In this document: positions 1-12,183 of the stretch, piece after piece
Layout of the letters: every line of letters begins with the position of its first letter
How positions within the stretch are numbered: position 1 is the stretch's first letter
Assembly (NCBI GenBank): GCA_010909165.1
Contig: MU008220.1
Span: 62,001-126,000 of the forward strand
Reading direction: 5' to 3'
Source of the DNA: Anthoceros angustus
Taxonomy: Eukaryota > Plantae > Anthocerotophyta
Length of the DNA stretch: 64,000 bases
Position numbers and translations under genes: made by a program
The notes under the pieces: generated by a model
What the model saw: the letters and a program-made list of their open reading frames with translations, nothing else
Databases searched by the model: none
What the model was told of the DNA's origin: nothing

Positions 1-469
1 AATTGGTGTAGGCCCATTGGCGGCCATACACCCATCCCAATTGGATGTTGTCTTCTTCTGCCCACTGCCGAAAATCCACTAGATCCCCGGGTTGAGCCGC
101 CTCAGTGCAAATTGTGGCATCAAAAGCTCGCCTCCTCTGCGCGGCCGCCTGCTGGCTTTTTGCCCTTTCCTTCTCGCGAGGTAGAGCCTTTGCCCCGGCG
201 GCTCCTTCCCTTGCCTTTTCCTCCTCGAGGCATGGCGCCTTCCTTTCCAAGTGTTTCAAAGGAAGGAATTACTTCCAAACACGGTGTTCCCAAACTTCTT
301 CCCAAACACTTCTCCCTTTGTGGTAGCAACCACTTCACCTCAAAGACACGCTAGCTCCGGGCGCGAGTTTTTCACCGCGCGTCCTCCTCTCGTTGTCCTT
401 CTTCCAGGCGCCGCCACGATTGTTCGCAGCGCCTCCTCCCGCCTCACCCCACACTTTGAGTGCTGCGCT

Positions 470-699
470 TAAAGGAATACATGTGCTAGTTAATGATTGG
501 GGTTTGGGTTATTTAGTCAAGTTAAGCTCTTAGCATTATATGTGTCTTTTCATTAGGGTTACGTCGTTTGGATAAGACACGTTGATTCATAAGTCTCTTT
601 AGTTGTCTTTTCATATAACACATAAGTTTTATGTATGTTCTTGATACAATGTAATTATTATATATGTTTAATTGATCTGTATCTACCTAAATTACGTTA
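470..699 (+). repeat. 5' LTR of c1 (230 bp, TAA...TTA ends)
   Basis: Matches 7216-7442 with 4 substitutions and one 3-bp indel; directly abuts the PBS. Confidence 0.93.
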
Positions 700-1179
700 T
701 GGTATCAGAGCGCTAGATGCAGATCGCATTCTAGTGAATGCACATTGTAAAATGCATTGAAAAAGATGCATTTGCATATAGTTTCTGTTGTTTTTGATTT
801 AGAAAAATGCTTTCTTGATCAAGAAAATAGAAACATAAAGAAAGTGCTTTGTGTTGCTTTATTTATATAGATGCTCTTATAATTTCTAGCGATTAGAGTA
901 ATCCTAGCATCTCCTACGATTTGCTAGCAAAATCGATGAAGTGCACTAGGACAACCACCGATCCGCAGTAGATTATTAGAGGCATATCTATAAAATCAAA
1001 AATGTTGAAACAGACTTTCTAGCAACACATATGAATGGCCAACAATCGAGTGGATTGGCGTCCTCTTACTGATTCCGCCACGTAATCGCCGCAGAGGTCA
1101 AGTTGTCGGTGATGCACGAACTGCACGAGCAACTTCATCGGACACGCTATGCATCGACAGACGAATACAAACGGGCCTG

Positions 1180-1542
1180 TTGATGCGTGGAAATAAGAGA
1201 TTCCTTCACCAACTTGATTGGATCCCTCTTCCTGCACGCCAAGGTGCCCTACCACAAAGAAATTACAATCAGAGAGGTTTTCTAACAACACATGCTTCCC
1301 ATACATCTAGTGTTGATCAGCTAATAAACAGGATTGAGGGACATAGACAAAACGTCGATAGACGTTTCGATAGCATCTCTCAGAGGCTAATTGCAGTAAC
1401 TGTTGATCTGCATGATCTTATAGAAAAGATAGAACATGTGGATTTCAAATTACTAACCTTGTTGAAGCCTACCTTGCTTGCTAACCCTGCAAATAGGGGA
1501 GTAGCTTGTAAGCACGCTAAGAAAACAAGTAGAGCCCATTAA
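1180..1542 (+). CDS. Putative extra sense ORF in the c1 leader, coiled-coil-like, unknown function
   Basis: 120-aa ORF between PBS and gag with a heptad-like segment VDQLINRIEGHRQNVDRRFDSISQRLIAVTVDLHDLIEKIEHV. Confidence 0.35.
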   Translation: MMRGNKRFLHQLDWIPLPARQGALPQRNYNQRGFLTTHASHTSSVDQLINRIEGHRQNVDRRFDSISQRLIAVTVDLHDLIEKIEHVDFKLLTLLKPTLLANPANRGVACKHAKKTSRAH

Positions 1543-1792
1543 TATCCCCAAATTGCCCCTCAACATACGCTACAATAGGTGGCAAATTAGAGACCAAAAT
1601 TGGAAACATTGCAGAGAGGTCAATCGGATGCACTCAGAGAAGACAAAGTTGCCCAACTTTGTTGCTAACATCCTCTGACTTTGTTCGCATGAGAGTATGT
1701 CCCTGAGGTCCTAGAAAACAAACCAACAAAGGTCAATCATCTTAGTATCTTAGTGTTCTAGGAGTAGCTAACCTAGAACACAAAAGAGGAAG

Positions 1793-4700
1793 ATGGCTGA
1801 TCCCTCATCCAGCCATGGTGGGGAAGGGTTTAAGGAAAAGGATAGGTTTGGTGGTCAGGATTACGATATTTGGGTAATCCGCATGAGAGGAGCTTTACAG
1901 AATAGAAAACTCTGGAAGCTTGCTAACGGGGATGATGAATTCCCAGAAGCTACCACCTCTACACCCTCACCTTCTGAAAAGAAAAAACAGGACGAATGGG
2001 AAGCTAAGGATGAAGCTGCCATGTTCCTTATCCGGAGTGGTCTGACCTCAGACATGTTGAGGCAGACATCCGGATGTAAGACTTCAGCAGAAATCTGGAC
2101 AAGACTTCAGGACCTGTACTCAGGCAGCAACACAACTAGTCAGATGACAGCTTTGCGAAATTTGCAAAATTGTAGGATGAAGGATGGAGATTCTGTAGAG
2201 AAACACCTTACTCTATTCAGAACACTTGTCTCCAGACTGGAGAGTGCTTCTAGTGATGCCGTAAAGGATGATATGCTGACTTTGTACTTTCTACTATCCC
2301 TTCCCGATTCCTGGTCACATTTTGTGACGTCGTATAATGCCTCTCAGCTTCAGACTTCAAAGCTTGCGAAGGCTTCAAATGTTACACTTCCAGAAACCAC
2401 CTTCGCAGAGTTAGTGGGAGCATTGCTTCAAGAAGAAGCTACCAGAGGTCCTGGTAGACGCTCTGGAAAACAGCAAGCTCTTTACACATCCAACAGAGGA
2501 CGTGGAGGAGGAAAACCCTACAACAGAGGTGGGGGCAGTACATCTAGGGGTGGTGGCTCACAAGGACAAGGAGCCAACTATAAGAAACCCAAAAGGACAG
2601 GAAACTGCAACTGGTGTAAGTTACCTGGTCATTGGGAACGTGAGTGTAGAAAGAAGCAAGCCGGTGTGCCTCGCAAGGAGGGTTCATCTAGTGCTGAAAC
2701 TCACTTGGTTGTGAAGAAACAACCTACCCCTTCAGCCCTCACAGTAGGTACAAGAGTGTTTGCAAGTTCATACTTGTTTCCATCATGCCTGTCAGCAAAA
2801 TTAGAGGTTAGGCCTGTCGTAGACTGGTATCTAGACACGGGTGCTACAGCCCATATTTGCTTTGACAGAGGCTCTTTTCATACATACCGATCAGTCAAGG
2901 ATCAGTATGTTTACCTGGGCGATGACAGATCCTTGGTGTCTCCTGGTCGTGGCACAATAGATTTATCAGTTCCATCTGGCGTTGTATTAACCCTACATGA
3001 CGTCTATCACATGCCAGACATGACTCGAAATTTGATTTCAGTCAGAAAGTTGAATGCTGACAACAACTGTCACATGCTATTCACAAGAACAGAATGTCAA
3101 GTGCTGGACGCGTTTGATCATAGGAAGATCCTTGCCTATGGTTCAGCAGATCATGACTTGTTTCGTCTTCACATAAATAGTGGTGTTCCAGTTTCTCATT
3201 TGACAAGCGACATCACTACTGCATCTGCACAACAAGTGAGCAAGTCTAAGTTGTGGCATGCAAGACTAGGTCACCCTCACACAGCAAAACTTCAAAGATT
3301 GGCTGTGAGTGACTTTTACCAAGACGGACCAATTGGCAAACTGGCTCCACTTCCACTTTGTGAGTCTTGTGTTCTTTCCAAGAGACATCAGGCTGCTTTT
3401 AAGAACAAGGCACCTCACAGGGCTTCAGAGGTTTTAGAACTTGTCCATACAGATTTGTGTGGACCACTCTCACAGGAGTCGATAGGTGGTGGGAGATACT
3501 TCCTGACTTTTATAGATGACAAAACCAGGTTTGTCACCACCTACATTCTGAAACAGAAAGACGAATGCTTTGGTCACTTTAGGGATTACCTCAAGTATAC
3601 TGAAAGGTGGACAGGAAAGCAGCTTAAAACCTTGAGATCAGACAATGGGGGAGAGTTTACCTCGAATGAATTTCAGCTCGTAGTCAAGGCATTGGTCGCC
3701 ACCTAACGGGTCTGGTCTACACTCCCAATGTAATGGAGTCGAGCTGCCTTAATTTAACTCGCAGGAGACATCTTCCTTGCTACATCATGCTCAGCTTCCC
3801 TTGCCATATTGGGCAGAAGCCATCATGACTTCAACCTATCTCAAGAACAGGTTGCCCACAACTTCAGTTGTTGGCCTAACCCCCTATGAGGCCTTCATGT
3901 GTCGCAAGCCCCGCCTACACTTGCGAACTTTTGGTTGCGTGGCTTATGCCTTCATACCTAAGGAGAAGAGGAAAAAGCTATCAGATAAGGCTAGAAAACT
4001 TCTCATGATAGGATACACAGAAGGAATTAAAGCCTATAAGTTGTATGATGTCCCTAAGAACAAGATTGTGTATGCCAGAAGTGTTACCTTTGATGAAAGT
4101 CGCACTTGGGCATCAGTGGGAGCTGTTGAGGATCCTGTCCTCAATGAAGATGAAGATACAACAGGATTTGTTGATTCACAATTTGATCCAACAGATCATG
4201 GAACTCAGCCTGTTCCACCTGAGGACGTTGCTCCTGCAGGTGGGGATGACAAAGCAGATTTTGAGTTCGTTGACATCGATGCAGCAGGTGTAGTTGAACA
4301 AGAACACGTACCTATGCTGGAAGATCAAAATCAGCAAGTTTTACAGGACCAACATCCTCCTGAACAGAATGCTGATGCAGAACTGGAATTGGATGATACT
4401 CCTATTGCCAACCAACCCGTACAAGATCCCCAGCCTGAAGAACCACCAAGACGATACCCATCTCGTCAAAGGCAACCTCCAGACACACTGCACCGATTTT
4501 AGAGTTACTCTCACAAGTGGAGGTCAATGCAACGCCCCTCGGATTCTCGAGAACCACAATCCTACCAAGAGGCGTTGAGTAGACCGACCACAAAGAGTGG
4601 AGAAAGCAATACAATCGAGTATGACTCCTTAATTGAGAACGGCACATGGAGCTTGCTAATTACCACCGTGCGTAAAATTGGTTTCTTGTAAGTGGGTTTT

Positions 4701-6108
4701 CAAACTCAAAGTAAAGGCAGATGGTACCTTCGATAGGTACAAGGCTCGCTTGGTAGCAAGGGGTTTCTCACAAGTCCCTGGATTGGACTATCTTGAAACT
4801 TTCGCTCCTGTAGTCAAGCTTGCCACCCTTAGAACAATCCTTGCCATATCCACACACTATGATTATGAGTTGCAGATGTATGATGTTAAAACAGCTTTCC
4901 TACATGGAAAATTGGATACAGAGATATACATGCAGCAGCCTCCAGGATATGAGGTGAAAGGAAAAGAAAATCATGCGCTCAGGCTGATCAAGTGCTTGTA
5001 TGGCCTCAAGCAATCACCATGAAATGGAACGCTTAGACAATCGAATTGCCGGAATTAGGTTTCACAAAGAGCACGACAAAAGCCTTTATATCTACATAAA
5101 GGAGATGTAATCTTACCTTGCGTGTACGTGGATGACGATTCTCCCCAAAGAATGCCAAGCTTTTATAACAAGCATCATGTATATGCCGCCACTAAATTCA
5201 AGATGTCTAGCCTCGGCCCTTTACAGTCAGCCTGGATTCATATTCAAAGGAATAGCAGACTGGTGTGATGACATTGACTCAACCACGCTACCTTATGGAC
5301 AAGTTGGTCAATGCCTCAAGGATGCAAAACCCGCTTCTACCCCTCTTCCCACAGGACTTAAGCTTAGTCGAGTATGTCTCCTTCTACACAAGCTGAGAAG
5401 GATCAAATGTCAAAGATCCCCTACAGACAGGGAGTAGGTAAGCTAATATATGCATCGAACACAACGAGGCTGGAGGTGGCCTACACAACGAGTGCCCTAT
5501 CACAGTTCTTAGAAAATCCGGGTCCAGAACACTGGGCTAGCTTGAAACGTGCGTTTAGGTACTTGAAGGGAACACCAACTTTAGGTATTTCCTATGCATG
5601 CCAGATTGAATGACAGACCCTCGACATAGAAGCTTACACCGATTCTGACTATGCTGGAGATGTGGACACAAGGAAATCAGTCTCTGGCTATGTGCTTTGT
5701 TTTGCAGGAGGACCTATATGTTGGTCGAGCAAGAACCGACGGTGGCACTCTCACGTAGAGTAATATAGGGTGTTAATGCAATGCTAAGGAAGTTGTGTGC
5801 GATTACTTTTCAACTTGGGATTCCATCGCCTATGCACGACTATCTACACCGATAATCGTGGCTCGATGGCTTTAGCCAAGAATCCGTGTTTCATTCTGAC
5901 GAAACATGTAGAAGTCGAGTATCACTACATCGTGGAACCGTGGAGCTGGAACCATAGCACTAGTATGTACCAACACAAAGCAACCCGCGACATTCTCACA
6001 AAGGCAATCGAGCGTAGATGCTCATCAGAAACATGTCCAACGTTTAGGGATGGGAGAGTCAGCAGCTCTCTTATCCAGCAGCAGCAACAATCCAAAGTAA
6101 TGCTCTAA
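1793..6108 (+). pseudogene. c1 gag-pol polyprotein; open 1793-3706, then broken by frameshifts and stops
   Basis: Zinc knuckle CNWCKLPGHWERECR, protease WYLDTGA, WHARLGH and LELVHTDLCGP...RSDNGGEF (integrase), CKWVFK...YKARLVARGF (RT), RNase H remnants at 5640-6100. Confidence 0.93.
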
Positions 6109-6111
6109 GGC

Positions 6112-6724
6112 CTAGAAACCCGAGTCAAAGTTGCAATGGTCAGAGGAGTATCCAAAGTCAATAGACTCCCCAGAACGAAGAGACTCGGATTCGAACTCCT
6201 CCTCGTAGGAGTCATGGCCAAAACTATGAACAGAAGAAAAACTCTCATCTGATCTTGGAGAGTTGCGACGACGACGTTCTTCATAAGAAATTCGCTCTTC
6301 AGGCTCAAGATTAGCCTCTTCCTCCAGTCTGAAGTTTGACCCTGCAAGGAGGAAGTGGGAGCGAGAGAGGTTAGCACCACAAACAAAAAAAAAGGAAGAA
6401 CCAGAACAGGAAAGGTTCAGGATGCTTACTGTATATGCTTACGACATGACCAGGGCAAGGGTTGTAGATGCGCACGCTCACACGTTTCATGGTTATCTCG
6501 GTGCAACCTACCCAGACCTTGTACCAAACAGGTGAGCGCGGATACTTCACAGTGCCGTTACTGATGATTCTAGTTTCGGCGTCTCTGTCAGTAGGCTTTG
6601 GATAATTCAAAGGTGGGTCAGGACCATGAGTCTCGCCCTCACGGAAGGCAACAGTCGGAGCTGGGCGTGACTGTTTCACAGTAGCCTTGGGTCTTGGCTG
6701 AGGAGGAGCAGAAGGGCCACCCAT
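6112..6724 (-). CDS. Spliced antisense accessory gene of c1 (exon 6430-6724, intron 6342-6429, exon 6112-6341); N-terminus uncertain
   Basis: Minus-strand donor A|GTAAGC, branch GCTAAC, long pyrimidine tract, TTGCAG acceptor. The phase-1 join is in frame: ...HVVSIY-R-SNFRLEEEANLEPEE...DSGF*. Homologous segments occur in c3 and c5. Confidence 0.72.
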
Positions 6725-7215
6725 TTCAGACTTGAGGCAGCAGATTGGCGAAGCTCAAGAAACTCCTTTGTTGTTCCTTCGCCCACCGACGCCTTGATAC
6801 TGTGTATCTTGATGTCTTGGGAGCGCTTCACGCTGTTGGTAGTTGTCCTAGCTAACGCAAATCTTCCAAGGGCGTCTTGAGGGTTGCGGGCGCTTAGGAG
6901 TCGGCTCATAGTCGGAATCCGAGGAGGCCATGGCGGAGAGAAGTTCAAGATGAGAAATCCTACGCTCCAGCAAGCTGAGAAGTAACTGGCAAATGAATTG
7001 TGCCAAGGTTATATAGCACGCGCACCTCATCATCGTCGCCTTCACACTGGCAGAGTGCATCTTTACCAGACCTGGCAGAAAGGAGAGGACGTAACCAATT
7101 ACTGCAGATGATGTCTATGGAGTTTGAGAGCGAAGACCCAGCTGAACCTTCAGTCCACGGGCAGCTTGCAGTAGAGCCCGGAGACTGTACAGAGATCATT
7201 ACTAGCAAGTGGGAG

Positions 7216-7442
7216 TAAAGGAATACATGTGCTAGTTATTGATTAGGGTTTGGGTTATTTAGTCAAGTTAAGCTCTTAGCATTATATATGTCTTTTCATT
7301 AGGGTTACGTTTGGATAAGACACGTTGATTCATAAGTCTCTTTAGTTGTCTTTTCATATAACACATAAGTTTTATGTATGTTCTTGATACAATGTAATTA
7401 TTATATATGTTTAATTGATCTGTATCTGCCTAAATTACGTTA
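7216..7442 (+). repeat. 3' LTR of c1 (227 bp)
   Basis: Follows the PPT and duplicates 470-699. Confidence 0.93.
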
Positions 7443-8013
7443 TTTTCTGGCTCTTGTTCCACACCTCCTTCTCCAGTAGTTCGAGGCGTGTGGAGAGCTA
7501 TTCCTCTTGCTCGCGGCTTTCACCGCTTTTCACCGGTCGCTTGCGCCTCGTGGCTGGGTCCGGTTCCTCCTCAATGAAGCGCGCGCAGTCTTGCCTCGCT
7601 CCCAGCTCGCTCGCGGTGATGGCAGCTCCTCTTCTCGCAGCGCTGGTAGCCTTCCTTCCTTTTGCGCTTACGCTCCAATTCCAGCTCCAGCTCTAGCTCG
7701 TCGCGAAGTGGAGAAGCGCTGCCCAAAACTGCACTTTGCCCTCCTTAGATGTCTGCCACCTGGCGGCTGCACAACCCTAGATTGAGTTCATCATTCCATA
7801 ATATCGTCTTGCGCATCATAGGCGCATGCATATGGAGATGGAATTGTAAGCAAGAATCGTCGGACGAATGCAAGCACATAAAGGAGGAGTAAACTAGCAA
7901 TTTTGGAGGTGTTCTAAAATTTTGGAAACAACCTTAAAACTGAATTTAGTTCTAGACAAACCCAATTGATAGAATTGTAGAGCATAAATCTTGTTAGAGA
8001 TGTAACTCCCCAT

Positions 8014-8614
8014 TTAAATCATATGAATAAATTGGACGTGGAAGTATTCTTGAGTGGGTACTTGCCTAAACGCAAGATGATCCATTGAGTAGGGATCACT
8101 AAACAAGACATACGCCACGTGCCAAGCGTTGAGAGACGCCTCCGTGGTGGTCGCGCTAACTCGAGAGTTGCAAAGCTCTCGGGCCAAGTCTCTATGCGAG
8201 TAGCAAAAGAGGCCGCAACTGTGGTTTCCTTGAGGCGTAGCCTTGGATGGACTCGGGGTGGTCCCCATCAAAGCGCTTGATCCGGCCGCATGTAGCCATA
8301 GTGGTGGATAGAGTCGTGCACCTATAGCGGTCTATGGGAAAAGCTTGCTTGAAACGATCTTGGCCAAACGAGTTTGTACAAGGTGTACTGCCGTTGCGTG
8401 CCCTAGCGGTCCATGGGGCAAGCTTGCTTGAAAATATCTTGGCCAAACGAGTCATGTCATTTAAAAAAAAAAAAAAGGATTCCATTGAATAAGCACTCAC
8501 TCTCATAAAGGAGAAGTTTGCAAGTGTTGCCATTGTCCCGAGGTCCCATAGTTTACATCGATTTAACGTTGTACTCAGATTAGACCTCTTTCCAAAGTCT
8601 TGCTTTATGTCCAT
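8014..8614 (-). pseudogene. Decayed coding fragment, possibly a Ulp1/C48-like protease from a DNA transposon
   Basis: Overlapping minus ORFs; PQGNHSCGLFC resembles the Q-x-N-x-x-CG-x-F catalytic Cys motif. Other motifs not recognised. Confidence 0.25.
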
Positions 8615-9410
8615 TTACCTAAAGTTATGAACTATATCTTTCTTCTCCAAGTGGGGATGAGATATTTGCATGTAACATAAAAGAGCCTTAGTTTAAGGTT
8701 GGAAGGATATATAATGGACGTTGGAAAAGGGCAAAGCATGCAATGGTGGGGTGGCTGGCGGGGGTCGCACATGGTGGCTGGGTTACCTCACCCACAGGTG
8801 GTGTGCTATTTGATCTCACCATGTTCCGCTGACAAGCTTAAACCCTGAGCGCGAGTCCTCAAATGAGCAGGCCAGGCTATTGAGTAACTGAACTGGAAAG
8901 GCGCTTATAGGTTGGCTTAGGAGGAGCTCATAAAAAATAACAAATATGTGCTGCTGCCCTTGTATTGTCTTGCATACAAATATGATATGCAATATGGTCC
9001 TACCCATTGCTTTATGTTGAGGTAAAGCTACAAGATTGTATAGAAGGTGAAGCTGTACGTCTACGGACATCAAGCTACCACATTGTCCAAAGCGTGAGCT
9101 TCATTGACTTGTTCATGCCTTCTTTGTTAGCACAAGGAGCCTCGGGGAGCTTAGTATTGTATGCACAGGTCAGTCAAGCTAGGCTGATGTGAGGCAAGTA
9201 TGACCAACATTGCCAGTCCACTCTTGTCTCTTCTGCTTGAACTATGGACAATGTGTTGCATAATTCCAATATACAACCAAACTTGACTCACAGTGGCGCC
9301 CACTATTGCAAACTTCGCATTTCCGGTAGCAAGTTTTGGTGTGTTGAATCACCGAGGAGCCGAATTGACCTGCCACCACGAGGCATTTTCACGCATTCAT
9401 GATTCTTAAA

Positions 9411-9551
9411 GCTTAACATTTGAGAAAAGGCGCCACTCCAAAGTCCAAGGAATTCTTACTTAACCTTAACATTGGAGAAAAGTCATTTCAAAGTCCAAGG
9501 AATTGGAAACCTTAACATTGGAGAAAAGTTATTTCAAAGTCCAAGGAATCC
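9411..9551. repeat. Three imperfect ~46-bp tandem units
   Basis: CTTAACATT[TG]GAGAAAAG...CAAAGTCCAAGGAAT occurs three times. Confidence 0.8.
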
Positions 9552-9792
9552 TACACCTTATAAGTGTCTTTGAAGGAATGCTATGGTATTAACATCTCAT
9601 ACATCTTCTTAAAACGAAAAACACCAAAGCCTTTTCAACAACTTTGTCTTGAAGCGAAGATCTCAATGGGCTCAATTTGGAGCAAAGCTAGGATTTATCA
9701 AAGTGCGGCTATAGAAATAAGACTTATTTATATGTTTGTCATGTGGATGATCATCTTGCGCATCATAGGCGCATGCATATGGAGATGCGTAG

Positions 9793-10898
9793 TGTGGCAG
9801 CCTACGATGGTAGTCTGCCAGCCTACCAATCTTTCAGACTGCCCTCCTGTCTGCCTCCGTCTGGGGGTCGTTTTGACCCGTTCTTCTTTCTGGGATATCC
9901 TCTTCACTTCCCTAACAATATTTTACAACTCCAGCTTTAAGATTCTCAGAAGTTTTCCTGGCATGCTCCTCTTCAATCGTTCCTAGCCAAAAAAAATCAA
10001 ACTTGTTCGTCTTTTGGCCACTTTGGACTGGTTGCCCAAACTTTACGCTCCGCGCCGTGAGGGGGCGGCATTGTGGCTGCGCGGACGGTATGGCAGATCG
10101 GTGAAGGGAAGACCCTAGCAAATTCCAAAGACGCGGACGCCACCGCAGCCAAATGTCCGGCCTAGGTCCGTGAGGCACCGCCTATGATCCGAGGAGGCGC
10201 TTCCGGGAGGCTGGAGGGCGCCCAAGGCTGATAGTTAGCTAGGAAGAGTGGAAGAGGTAGATTAGAGAAGAGAGGAGAAGAGAGGAGAAAAGAGAGAAAA
10301 GAGAAAAAGAGAATAGAGAGTGAGAGAGAGAGCGAGAGAGGACGAGAGAGGAGCTAGAGAGGATAGGGAGCAAGAGAGGAGAAGGAAGGAGCAAGAGAGA
10401 AAAGAGAAAAAGACAAAAAGAGAAGAGAGGAGGAAGAAAAGTGTGAGAGAAACCTAGAAAAGAGAGGGAAAGGTGAAATTTCAAGAGCTGTGACAAGAGC
10501 TTGAGGGGGCGGCCCCAAATTTGTCACGAGAAGGGTCTTAGGGAGTGTAGGATTTGCGCTGGTGGGAGGATTGCCCACTGTACGGTGATTTGGGGGGTCC
10601 CCAAGGTCGCCGCTGCAGATTGGGCGGTGCCTCGGAGGGGTCCGCGCGATCCGCGCTGTAGGGTAGGGTAGTGTGACTTACCTAGGGTGGGTCACCCAGG
10701 CGCCGTAGGAGGGGGGGCGCTAGCCGGGCGCCTCGACGAGAGGTCGGTAGAGTCGAGAGGCCGGGCCGGGAGGGCGCACCTCCATCCGCGGGAAGGGCTC
10801 CCCACTCCTTCATGGGAACGAAAACCTCACGAACCGATGGGATAAGTGTGGCTGGCCATAGCTGAGGGTTCCGGGGGTCCCGGGAACCTCCCACCACA
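9793..10898. mobile_element. LTR-like TE fragment with a GA-rich tract (10250-10470)
   Basis: Possible TGTGG...CCACA ends; 9862-10046 is similar to 21414-21605. No TSD or PBS found. Confidence 0.35.
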
Positions 10899-12183
10899 GG
10901 GGAGGAGGATCATTTCATATTTAGGGTGAATTGGTATGAGTGTGAGCAGGGTGGGAGAACTCCATCCCTCAAAGAAGACTTGAGTGGATTCTCTTTAATA
11001 AACTGTAAGTTGCTCTACAACTATGGAACAGAAGATGGGTCAAGGCCCTTTGCATTCCATGAACATGTCACACAAGTTTTTTTCCATGATTCGCCATTCT
11101 CAATGTAGGAAGGTTGGGCTCTAGTTGTGGAGTGCCCATACAAGTATACCATAATCCCCTAAGCAAATCAAAGTAGAGTACTGGAAAGACTTTGGTTCTG
11201 TTAGGGCAGCAACACGGGACATGTGCTGAAAGCAGAGCCATCATAGTGTAGAATCCAGAAGATGCAGATTTGTCCCTTTTCCTTGAGTTGCAATACATAC
11301 GGGAATAACAGATTTGAACTTGCCTCTGCTTCCAATACCTCATGTAGTGCTTCATGGAATAGAAGATTCCATCGGATGTCGATGTCCCTTGTTCCTTGCC
11401 TGTGTTGAATTCCTCAATTTGTTTCCCTAACATCGTCTGGGTAGAAAGGGGTTGCTCTGGCAAAAAAGAGTTTTGGCTAAAATCCCGTCTTTTTTTGGGT
11501 GAAGACGCGTATTCACTTTGTTTTAGGCTTTTTTTTTTAGGGTTTTTGCTAATTTAAATGTGGTGTTCAAACCCACGGCACTACACCCTGCATGTTCATA
11601 TGGTCATAATGTGCTGCATCGATGGTTGGGCACCACAATTTTGAAGGGGTGAAGATAATGAAAACTGTCAGTTGCATGCTATTTCTGCATGTCCGCCGTT
11701 CATCCCAAATAAGCTTTTTTGTTGGAAAATGTACGGAGCAAGATGAGCAAGCTTGTTTGCGCAAAATGAGCAAGAAGATCTAGGTGTGTAAACATGTTTT
11801 TGCACTCAAGTGCAAGAAGACCCAGGTGTGTGCCCCTAGGGGCAAAGGGGCCCTGGTGCGCACACTTGTGCGGGCACCTTGGGGCAAGGGGAACATGGTA
11901 TGCGCACCTAGGATCAAGAAGACCCTAGAGGTATGAACTTATACGGTTCATGCTTCCATGTGCATTCCCTGATGGCTCATTCCCAGCAAAAATGAGCAAA
12001 AAATTAAAAAAAAACATGAAAAAAATCCAAAAAAAATCACTTGTTGGAAGTAAGTGCGTGCATTTGCCCTGAAGTTTTGGCATTTTTTTTCTTTTTTGCT
12101 TTTTTGATGTTTTTATTGTTTTAAATGGTTCCTTTTGGCATTTTTCCGTGAGAACCTTTTGAAGGATCGTGGGGCAGCCATGC

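Larger units (their letters stand above)
470..7442 (+). mobile_element. Ty1/copia LTR retrotransposon c1, full length, frameshifted pol
   Basis: Paired LTRs 470-699 and 7216-7442. PBS TGGTATCAGAGC (tRNA-iMet) at 700-711 and PPT CAAGTGGGAG at 7206-7215. Domain order gag-PR-INT-RT-RH. No matching TSD (GCGCT vs TTTTC). Confidence 0.95.

Noticed and set aside
3700-6100. Programmed frameshifting or recoding in the copia pol genes
   Set aside because: Breaks are numerous and irregular, consistent with decay or long-read consensus errors.
6371-6429. Hydrophobic tail PFLFWFFLFFCLWC as an env-like transmembrane segment
   Set aside because: It is read-through into the pyrimidine-rich intron, and the orientation is antisense, unlike SIRE env-like ORFs.
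10239-10578. Leu/Ser/Phe-rich membrane-like ORFs
   Set aside because: They are translations of a GA-rich low-complexity tract.
10930-11780. Minus-strand ORFs 11068-11463 and 11567-11773 as a host gene
   Set aside because: No recognisable domain or consistent exon structure.
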